DNA of 27,116 nt from Nanobdellota archaeon (GTDB lineage: Archaea; Nanobdellota; Nanobdellia; Woesearchaeales; GW2011-AR9), in contig JBBSWB010000050.1 in assembly GCA_038046465.1 (NCBI GenBank), forward strand, positions 1-27,116. The letters run 5' to 3'. The position numbers and the translations under genes are program-made. The notes under the pieces are model-generated. The model had not been told where the DNA came from. It made no database searches and saw only the letters and a list, made by a program, of their open reading frames with translations. Of the stretch, positions 18,701 through 26,339 are shown in pieces (positions within the stretch are counted from its first letter, which is position 1; every line of letters begins with the position of its first letter).

Positions 18701-18966
18701 CTAACAACCTGAAGCTAGATTTAAATTTAGAAGGGCATCCGCTGATCAGCGAATTGCAATCCTTTTTACAGGAGTTTGAAGAAGAGAGCTCTTATGATTC
18801 TTCGAATTTGCCTAAATCTGTTGTAATCAGAGATGCCGAAATTAAAAATCCTGAAACCAAAACCCTTCTGCAAAAAAAATGTTCTTCTTGCGGTGCTGCC
18901 CAACTAAGGCAAAACGGCACCTGCATGCTCTGTGAAGTGTGCGGAGAAACTACCGGGTGCAGTTAA
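15718..18966 (+). CDS. nrdJ: Class II (adenosylcobalamin-dependent) ribonucleotide reductase, long form with C-terminal Cys-rich tail
   Basis: 1082 aa; [59 protein letters not shown]; tail [30 protein letters not shown]. Confidence 0.93.
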   Translation: [1082 protein letters not shown]

Positions 18967-19035
18967 GAGTTTTAGCATAAATTCAACTAAAAAACCTAAA
19001 TTTTTTATATCAGACTAGTTTTAAACATATTTATA

Positions 19036-19075
19036 AGGCCCTTGGTAAGCTTATTTAGGAGCTTTTTATGGGCCT
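19036..19075 (+). other. Inverted repeat / two-helix hairpin between the tandem RNR genes
   Basis: AGGCCC (19036-19041) pairs with GGGCCT (19070-19075); AAGCT (19047-19051) pairs with AGCTT (19060-19064); loop region contains AGGAG. Confidence 0.5.
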
Positions 19076-19089
19076 ATTTGATATCAAAA

Positions 19090-21189
19090 ATGACTGAAGA
19101 AAAAGAAAAAACACCCGTATCTGAACCGACTGAAATTAAAAAAATAATCAAACGAGATGAAAAAATAGTCGACTTTGATGTAGAAAAAATTAAAGAAGCA
19201 ATTTCTCAGGCAATAGAATCAGTTGATGAACCAAACCCCAATCTTGCTCATTCGTTAACCCAAGAAGTGGTTAAGCTGTTAAACAAAAATTTTAGCAAGG
19301 CTTCTCCTCCAACCGTTGATGACGTACAAGATTTAGTTGAAAAAGTGTTAATAGAAGAAGGGCAGGCGCAAACTGCTAAAGCATACATCCTTTACCGCCA
19401 CAAAAAAGATGAAGAAAGAGAAAGGAGAGCTTTGATTCTAGGCAAGGAAGAAGCAGGAGAAAATTTAATTTTTTCTAATGAAGCGTTACGAATCCTAAAA
19501 GAGCGTTACTTACTTAAAAATTCGGAAGGGGAAATCATAGAAACACCTAAAGGGATGTTACAACGAGTTGCTAAGAATATTGCTAAAGCAGATGCTATTT
19601 ATGGGGCAGCTAAAGAAGACGTAAAAAAAACTGAAGAAACCTTTTTTAATTTGATGACAGAATTAAAATTCCTGCCTAACTCACCAACATTGATGAATGC
19701 AGGAACAAATAACCAGCAATTGGGTTCCTGTTTTGTTCTGCCGGTAGAAGACGATATGGAAGGTATTTTTAATTCATTGAAACATGCTGCTTTAATCCAT
19801 CAACGGGGCAGTGGAACGGGTTTTTCATTTTCACGATTAAGACCAAAAGGAGATTTTGTCGGTAAAAACGCTGGCGTGGCTGCCGGCCCGGTAGCTTTCT
19901 TGAAAGTTTATGATAAAGCATTGGAAACGATTAAACAAGGAGGGGTTCGTCCCGGTGCAAATATGGCCGTATTGCGGGTGGACCATCCCGACATCATTAG
20001 ATTCATCGAGGCTAAACGTAACCAGCCTTCACTTAAAAATTTTAATCTTTCGGTTGCTGTGACGGATCGATTTATGAAAGCAGTTGAAGCAGATCGGGAA
20101 TATTTTGTAGTAAATCCAAAATCAGACAAATTTGTCGGTAAATTAAGAGCAAAAGATGTCTTTGCTATGATTACTCAAAATGCCTGGAAAACTGGGGATC
20201 CCGGATTGATTTTTATCGACGAGATTAATCGAAAACATCCGGTTAAAAACTTAGGGGAAATTGAAACAACTAACCAATGCGGCGAAGCACCCCTTCTTCC
20301 TTATGAAGGAATCATCTTGGGATCGCTTAACTTAAATAAATTTATCAAATATGATTTGGAGTCTAAACCGGAAGATATTGCTTGGGAAGATTTGCGGGAA
20401 GGAGTACGGGTTGCGGTTCATTTTTTGGATAATGTTATTGATATGAATTCTTATCCTTCTAAAAAAATTGAGGAACAGACTAAAAACACCCGAAAATTTG
20501 GATTGGGAATAATGGGCTTTGCAGACCTGTTAATTAAACTAAAAATAAAATATGATTCTGAAGAAGGTTTAGTTATCGCCGAAAAATTAGTTTCATTTAT
20601 CAAAGAATCAGCATACCAAAAATCATTTGAACTTGCTGAAAAAAGAGGGGTATTTCCGGCCTGGAAAGAATCAGAGCATGAGAAAGCAGGTAAAAAAATG
20701 CGTAATGCTACTTGCCTGTCCATTTCCCCCACTGGAACTATCAGCATTTTAGCGGGAGCTTCTTCTGGCTGTGAACCTCTGTTTGCTATCTCTTATCAAA
20801 GATCGTTGTTGGGGGATAAAGAATTAGTTTACCTTAATGCTGAATTTGAAAAAGTAGCTAAAGAAAAAGGATTTTATTCTTCAGAATTAATTAGGAATAT
20901 TGCTCATGTAGGCAGCGTCCAAGAATTTAAAGATATCCCTAAATCGATTAGAGACGTATTTGTTACCGCTCAAGAAATTAGCCCAGAATGGCACGTAAAA
21001 ATGCAATCTACTTTGCAGAAGCACGTTGATAATTCCATTTCTAAAACCATTAATTTTCCGCATACTGCAGCTATCAAAGATGTTGAAGACGCTTACTTGT
21101 ACGCTTGGAAAGCTAAATGTAAAGGCATCACTATTTACCGTGATGGAAGCTATGAAGACCAAGTAATCAATATTGGCGAGAATAATTAA
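19090..21189 (+). CDS. nrdJ: Class II (adenosylcobalamin-dependent) ribonucleotide reductase, short form with N-terminal ATP-cone
   Basis: ATP-cone IIKRDEKIVDFDVEKIKEAISQAI...; catalytic part LKFLPNSPTLMNAGTNNQQLGSCFVLPVEDDMEGIF, TTNQCGEAPLLPYE, LSISPTGTISILAG. ATG at 19090 (MTEEKEK) preferred over TTG at 19042. Confidence 0.92.
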   Translation: MTEEKEKTPVSEPTEIKKIIKRDEKIVDFDVEKIKEAISQAIESVDEPNPNLAHSLTQEVVKLLNKNFSKASPPTVDDVQDLVEKVLIEEGQAQTAKAYILYRHKKDEERERRALILGKEEAGENLIFSNEALRILKERYLLKNSEGEIIETPKGMLQRVAKNIAKADAIYGAAKEDVKKTEETFFNLMTELKFLPNSPTLMNAGTNNQQLGSCFVLPVEDDMEGIFNSLKHAALIHQRGSGTGFSFSRLRPKGDFVGKNAGVAAGPVAFLKVYDKALETIKQGGVRPGANMAVLRVDHPDIIRFIEAKRNQPSLKNFNLSVAVTDRFMKAVEADREYFVVNPKSDKFVGKLRAKDVFAMITQNAWKTGDPGLIFIDEINRKHPVKNLGEIETTNQCGEAPLLPYEGIILGSLNLNKFIKYDLESKPEDIAWEDLREGVRVAVHFLDNVIDMNSYPSKKIEEQTKNTRKFGLGIMGFADLLIKLKIKYDSEEGLVIAEKLVSFIKESAYQKSFELAEKRGVFPAWKESEHEKAGKKMRNATCLSISPTGTISILAGASSGCEPLFAISYQRSLLGDKELVYLNAEFEKVAKEKGFYSSELIRNIAHVGSVQEFKDIPKSIRDVFVTAQEISPEWHVKMQSTLQKHVDNSISKTINFPHTAAIKDVEDAYLYAWKAKCKGITIYRDGSYEDQVINIGENN

Positions 21190-21330
21190 TGCTGAAGAAA
21201 TTAATATTGGATAATAATAAAAAACCTTAAACAAACATACAGATATTAAAGATTATAATTGTTCGTTAATTAGTCGTTACAAAAAATTTAACAAAAAATA
21301 TTTTTAGAAAAACAAATTAAATTTTTAGAG

Positions 21331-21954
21331 ATGAAAGCTGGACAAGTTCATGTTTATACTGGGGATGGTAAAGGAAAAACTACTGCTGCTTTAGGCTTGG
21401 CCTTAAGAGCAGTCGGGCAGGGCTTGAAAGTAGTGATGATCCAGTTTATGAAAGGGGGCAAATATACTGGAGAATATGTTGCTGCTAACAATTATCTTCC
21501 TAATTTTAAAATCTTACAGTTTGGCCGCCCTTGCATCAAGCAGCCAAAACAGCTTAAATTAAGCGGATTTAATCCGGGGCTAACTCAACCAGAACAATTT
21601 AATTCTGTGCACGAAGATATCGATTGCGGCGATTGTAAATATTGTTTTCTTAATGACGACATTCAAAGAGATTATGTTGAAGAAGGTTTTAATAAAGCCT
21701 CAGAATTAATCTTGTCGGGCAAATATGATTTGGTGATATTAGATGAAATTAATTTAAGTATGCACCTCGGATTTATTAATCCCAAATTAGTGCTTAACTT
21801 GATTACCAACAAGCCGGAACTGGTTGAAATTATTCTTACTGGAAGAAATGCGCCTGCAGAAATACTTGCTGCTGCCGATTTGATTACTGAAATGAAAATG
21901 AGTCGGCATTATTATAATACGGGCACTAGCGCCAGAAGAGGAGTTGAGTATTAA
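21331..21954 (+). CDS. cobO: Corrinoid (cob(I)alamin / cob(I)yrinate) adenosyltransferase, CobA/CobO/BtuR family
   Basis: VHVYTGDGKGKTTAALGLALRAVGQG (P-loop GDGKGKTTA), VVMIQFMKG, YDLVILDEIN, VEIILTGRNAP, ADLITEMKMSRHYYNTGTSARRGVEY. Carries CGDCKYC insert. Confidence 0.92.
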   Translation: MKAGQVHVYTGDGKGKTTAALGLALRAVGQGLKVVMIQFMKGGKYTGEYVAANNYLPNFKILQFGRPCIKQPKQLKLSGFNPGLTQPEQFNSVHEDIDCGDCKYCFLNDDIQRDYVEEGFNKASELILSGKYDLVILDEINLSMHLGFINPKLVLNLITNKPELVEIILTGRNAPAEILAAADLITEMKMSRHYYNTGTSARRGVEY

Positions 21955-22197
21955 AAGGTTTAAGTGAGAGTTAGGATTTTCTAAAACCAAACATTTATTA
22001 ATTAATAAAATTACCTTCTAACCATCTGATTCCTTACTGAGGAAAAAGAGGTGTGTTTTTGAGCAATCTGGGGTTTTGGCTCCAGTAGCTCTTATAAATT
22101 CTTAATTAATTAGTTTTGATTGTTAAGTTTAATGTTACTCTGGATTTTTAGTCTTAATAATAATAATAGAAAAAATTATTAGATTTATTTTTATAAT

Positions 22198-22380
22198 TTA
22201 CGGGTTTATCTTTTTAATTAATTTCTTCAGATGGTCTAATTGCACATGTATCATATAAAGCTTTGTATCAGCTTCCTTAATCTTTCCTTTTTTCATTAAG
22301 CTAATACACTCTGCAATCTCCTGTTGCATCAAATCTATATCGCCTTCTAATTCTTCTTTCTTTCTAAACCATATTGCCAT
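22198..22380 (-). CDS. Small helical hypothetical protein
   Basis: 60 aa MAIWFRKKEELEGDIDLMQQEIAECISLMKKGKIKEADTKLYMIHVQLDHLKKLIKKINP; the translation is from the minus strand (start CAT at 22378-22380), although the track labels it '+'. Confidence 0.6.
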   Translation of the reverse strand: MAIWFRKKEELEGDIDLMQQEIAECISLMKKGKIKEADTKLYMIHVQLDHLKKLIKKINP

Positions 22381-22561
22381 TAATTATCACCCGAGTATAA
22401 AAAATGCGAGAACTTTATAATCCTTTCTTTTTTTATATACACTCAAAAACCCTTGCATCCTATCTCAATAAGCCACAAGAGTAAAACTCTCGCAACTGTT
22501 CAGGTTTTCCTTGCAGCTCTTCGAATTTTTCCCTTATTGTCGAAAAATTGTATAATCCTCA

Positions 22562-23575
22562 TTAATGGGGAGAATAGCCTCCCAGCTGATTTTTGTGGTA
22601 ATTTATGGGCGTGAAAACATTTTCCTTTTTCTCAACCCAGTTTTCTTCTACCAGAAAATTTAAAATTCTGTCCCGAACCAATAGATCAACTTTTGCTTGA
22701 GTAGGATCTTCTTTGTTTATTATTGCCCCATAAACAGTAAAAGTTTCTTCTTTAAAAGGGATTTTAGCACAACCCCAGCAAGTGGGTAAATAAGCAATGC
22801 GGTGCTTTCCATCTTCTCTCTTTTGTTCAATTCTGACCGTTTTATCAAAAAAAGGCGCAGGAACATAACCGGAAATTAAATTACCTTCTTTAGATGCAAA
22901 ATCGTAATCTCCTAACTGGTCGATTAAATCAGCACATCCGATTTCAGAAGCAAAATCTTTTAACCATACTCGTTGAGTATGATTAGCGGGCATCCCGCAT
23001 TGTTTTCCATTTTTCATTGCTTTGCAGACCGGTTTTTTATCGATCTTAACGTTTAATTTCCTTATGACTGCGTCGATATTTCCAAAATTCATATCTCGAA
23101 AATCGTATTCTAATCCAGAAACATATAAAACCAAATCTTTTTCACGAATCCAGGGCAAAAATTCAACAAAATCTTGGGCTGCTCTTTCAGATAAGGTAAA
23201 TAAATTGGCTTCGTCAATTCCCACTGCCAACAAAGGCAAACCTTTACTATGTTCTACTCCGTTATAATTGATTTTAGAGCTGCCCGGACTATTTTTATTT
23301 TGTTCTAAAACATTTAATCTATTTTCTAAATCTTCTTTTAGTTCTTTTATTGAAGATAAAGAAACTGCAGGAAATTTTATTCGTTCATCAATTTGTAAGC
23401 AACCAGAATCGCGGGTATTCAAAGTACTCCCATAAGCGACAACATTAAACCCAGAATGCTTGGCCCGCTCTAATTCGCTAACCAAAGCTTCAGTTTTTCC
23501 TCCGTTCATAGGAGTAAAAAAACCGATAACATAACCTCTTAAACGATCAACCGGAATTTCTTTAATGTCCATCAT
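22562..23575 (-). CDS. Divergent thymidine kinase (TK1 family)-like protein
   Basis: P-loop TPMNGGKTEAL, VGIDEANLF, VSGLEYDFRDMNFGNIDAVIRK, and CKAMKNGKQCGMPANHTQR in TK1 order. Translation is on the minus strand (ATG at 23575, GGTGGTGA upstream); TAA is the reverse complement of 22562-22564. The track label '+' is wrong. Confidence 0.78.
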   Translation of the reverse strand: MMDIKEIPVDRLRGYVIGFFTPMNGGKTEALVSELERAKHSGFNVVAYGSTLNTRDSGCLQIDERIKFPAVSLSSIKELKEDLENRLNVLEQNKNSPGSSKINYNGVEHSKGLPLLAVGIDEANLFTLSERAAQDFVEFLPWIREKDLVLYVSGLEYDFRDMNFGNIDAVIRKLNVKIDKKPVCKAMKNGKQCGMPANHTQRVWLKDFASEIGCADLIDQLGDYDFASKEGNLISGYVPAPFFDKTVRIEQKREDGKHRIAYLPTCWGCAKIPFKEETFTVYGAIINKEDPTQAKVDLLVRDRILNFLVEENWVEKKENVFTPINYHKNQLGGYSPH

Positions 23576-23702
23576 TCACCACCTTTTTTATTAAAAAATA
23601 ATAAATTTATTAGTTAACTTATTAATAAACATTACTAAGCTTTAATTATATTATTGCAAAACCTAAAAAGCTATAAAGCCAAAATTTATACTAATTTGCC
23701 TA

Positions 23703-26120
23703 ATGCTTCTTAAACAATTAAAGCTGGAAAATATCCGTTCCTACCTCAAGGAAGAGATCAATTTTACGGAAGGATCAACTTTACTTTCTGGCGACATCGG
23801 TTCAGGAAAATCCACCATCTTGCTGGCAATAGAATTTGCGTTCTTTGGAACCTCCCGGCCAGATCTTCCCGCAGAAGCTTTATTACGCAAAGGAGCAAGA
23901 GAAGGCTCGGTAGAATTATCTTTACAAATACAGAATCAAGAAATAGTCATTAAAAGGAAACTCAAAAAAGAAAAAGATGTGATTAAGCAGATGCCTGGTG
24001 TGATCATAATTAATCAGGTTCAAAAAGAGCTTATGCCTGTAGAACTTAAAGCAGAAATTATTTCTTTACTTAAATACCCAGAAGAACTGGCAAATAAAAA
24101 TAAAAATTATATTTATCGATACACAGTTTACACTCCGCAGGAAGAGATGAAGCAGATCTTACAGGAGGATGCTGAAGAAAGATTAGACGTGCTTAGAAAA
24201 ATATTCAATATTGATAAATATAAAATTATCCGTGAAAATTTACAGATTTATCTTAAAAAAACTCGCACCGATATTGCTATTCTTAAAACCAAAACCGAAC
24301 CCTTGGAAGATCAAAAAAGGCAGCGCCAGGAATTGATTGCCGAGAAAGAAACGTTAAAGAAAGCTGCTGAAGAATTAATTCCCCGACAAAACATACTGCT
24401 AGAGCAATTACAGCAGCAAAATAAAGAACTGGGAGAACTAGAATTACAGCAGAAAGAATTTTTAGATTTAAAACAAGAATATAAAACCGATCAAGCTTTA
24501 TTTTATGAAAAAAAAGAACAATACTTGCAGCTTAACCAAAAAAAAGAAAGATTAAAGTTAGAGATTACCCAACTATCCTTGCCCGAAAACCAGATAAATA
24601 AAACGTTAGAGCAGACTAAAGCAGAATTAAAAGAAAAAGAACTGCAAAAAAATTATCTGTTAACTAAAAAAACTATTTTTCAAGAAAAATTAAGCCAACT
24701 TAAAGAAAATCTTAAAAAAACCCAATTCGAGCTTAACGAAATAATTAGGCAAACTGATAAAATTAAAGAAAAAGAAAGGTTACAGGAAGAATTAAGTTTA
24801 GCAATCGCCAATAAAAAAAATTTACAGCAGAACCTAAAAGATACTGAAGAGCAGATTCAGGAAATTCTAAAAATAATAACTACTACTGAAACGGTTCTCT
24901 TTCAATCTAAAGAACTACAGGAAAAAATTGGTTCTTTAAACACCTGCCCAACTTGCCTGCAGGAAGTTTCTTCTGATCATAAACATAAAATTACCAGCCA
25001 AGAACAGGATAAAATTGTGCAAGCAGAACAAAGCTTGCTGCTGGTACAGGAAAGAAAAAAAGCAAAGCTGCAGCAGAAAGAATTGCTTCAAAAAGAACTT
25101 GAACAGATTGTATCTAAAGAGAATCAGTTGATTAAGATTAATTTTGAACTTTATCAACTGCAAGAAAAAAAAGAGCTCGGCCGGCAGAAAGAGGAGCAAC
25201 TTAATTTAGGGTTAATAGAGATAGAAAGTTTAAAACAAAAAATTGAAGAAATTGATCGAGAAAACAATCTGGAACGTTTAGATAAAGAAATCAGCCAAAT
25301 CCAGGAATATTTACATTTACTTTCCAAAAAACAAATTTTAGAAAGAAATGTCTTAGAATTAAATCAGCAAATAAATCAAAATGAAGAACAGAAAGTTAAA
25401 TTCATTCAAAAAATTATGGCTTTGGAAGAAAAATTAGCCAATAAAAAAGATTTAAGCTTATTGATGGCAGAAAAAAAGAGGTACTTGGCTAGAACTACTA
25501 TGGAAGAGAAAGAGCTTGCTCTCAGCATAGCCAGACTGCAAACTCAAATCAATAGTATCAATAAATATCAGGAACTGATTGAAAAAAGCCTTGATCAACT
25601 TAATCTGGAAAAGAATAAACTAATCTTATTAAAAGAAACTTACCATTGGCTGGAAGAATACCTTCTTAAGCTAACTTATACTATAGAAAAACAAGTTATG
25701 GCCAATATTCACAGCCATTTCAATCAAATTTTTCAGGATTGGTTTTCAGTGCTCATCGATGATGAAAATGTTTCTTCCCGGATTGATGAATCTTTTACCC
25801 CAATAATTGAACAGAACGGGTATGATATCTCTTTCCCGAACCTGAGCGGAGGGGAAAAAACCTCGGCCGCACTAGCTTACCGCTTAGCCTTAAACCGGGC
25901 CATAAACGATGTAGTTAATGAGATAAATACGAAAGATTTATTAATTTTGGACGAACCTACCGATGGATTTAGCACAGAACAACTAGATAAAGTAAGAGAT
26001 ATATTAGAAAAGCTTAAATTGAAACAGACAATTATAGTTTCACATGAGTCAAAAATTGAAAGTTTTGTGGAAAAGGTGATTCGGATAAACAAAATCGGCC
26101 ATGTTAGCAGTGTTATATAA
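23703..26120 (+). CDS. rad50: Rad50-family SMC-like DNA repair ATPase
   Basis: 805 aa; Walker A LSGDIGSGKSTILLAIEFAFFG, coiled coil with zinc hook CPTC in the middle, signature LSGGEKTSAALAYRLALNRAIND, Walker B LLILDEPTDGFS, VSHE. Confidence 0.92.
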   Translation: MLLKQLKLENIRSYLKEEINFTEGSTLLSGDIGSGKSTILLAIEFAFFGTSRPDLPAEALLRKGAREGSVELSLQIQNQEIVIKRKLKKEKDVIKQMPGVIIINQVQKELMPVELKAEIISLLKYPEELANKNKNYIYRYTVYTPQEEMKQILQEDAEERLDVLRKIFNIDKYKIIRENLQIYLKKTRTDIAILKTKTEPLEDQKRQRQELIAEKETLKKAAEELIPRQNILLEQLQQQNKELGELELQQKEFLDLKQEYKTDQALFYEKKEQYLQLNQKKERLKLEITQLSLPENQINKTLEQTKAELKEKELQKNYLLTKKTIFQEKLSQLKENLKKTQFELNEIIRQTDKIKEKERLQEELSLAIANKKNLQQNLKDTEEQIQEILKIITTTETVLFQSKELQEKIGSLNTCPTCLQEVSSDHKHKITSQEQDKIVQAEQSLLLVQERKKAKLQQKELLQKELEQIVSKENQLIKINFELYQLQEKKELGRQKEEQLNLGLIEIESLKQKIEEIDRENNLERLDKEISQIQEYLHLLSKKQILERNVLELNQQINQNEEQKVKFIQKIMALEEKLANKKDLSLLMAEKKRYLARTTMEEKELALSIARLQTQINSINKYQELIEKSLDQLNLEKNKLILLKETYHWLEEYLLKLTYTIEKQVMANIHSHFNQIFQDWFSVLIDDENVSSRIDESFTPIIEQNGYDISFPNLSGGEKTSAALAYRLALNRAINDVVNEINTKDLLILDEPTDGFSTEQLDKVRDILEKLKLKQTIIVSHESKIESFVEKVIRINKIGHVSSVI

Positions 26121-26160
26121 AAAAAATAACAAAACCATAAAACCCAATTATGTCATAAAA

Positions 26161-26332
26161 GTGCGGGAAAGCGCCTGACCACGGACTGAAGTCCATGGCT
26201 TGAACAGCGCTTTCTAATCCCCACACTTTGTGACGCCGGAGAAGCAGGAGTTGAAAAGAGCATTCATAACCGGACTAAAGTTCGGCTCTTTCTGCTTCTC
26301 CGTGCGTAACACCCAAGAAAGCTAAAGGCTTT
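26161..26332 (+). ncRNA. Structured RNA element of unrecognised family (strand inferred)
   Basis: Nested perfect helices: GAAAGCGC 26167-26174 / GCGCTTTC 26207-26214; GGAC 26183-26186 / GTCC 26191-26194; CACA/TGTG 26222-26232; ACGC-C-GGAGAAGCAG 26233-26247 / CTGCTTCTCC-G-(T)-GCGT 26292-26307 (15 bp, one bulge); AAAGAGC 26255-26261 / GCTCTTT 26285-26291; CGGAC/GTTCG 26271-26284; AAAGC 26318-26322 / GCTTT 26328-26332. Confidence 0.7.
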
Positions 26333-26339
26333 ACCTAAA

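Noticed and set aside
15955-21234. Minus-strand ORFs opposite the two nrdJ genes (15955, 17168, 17407, 18354, 19908, 20451, 20887)
   Set aside because: Antisense to highly conserved RNR coding sequence; no independent support.
21955-22197. Possible tiny ORF after AGAGGTGTG near 22048 (TTG AGC AAT CTG GGG TTT TGG CTC CAG TAG)
   Set aside because: Only nine codons; Shine-Dalgarno-like match alone is insufficient.
26161-26332. Interpretation of the structured element as a CRISPR, tRNA, RNase P RNA or SRP RNA
   Set aside because: No spacer-separated repeats, no cloverleaf or T-loop GGTTCRANYC, and no recognisable conserved RNase P or SRP motifs.
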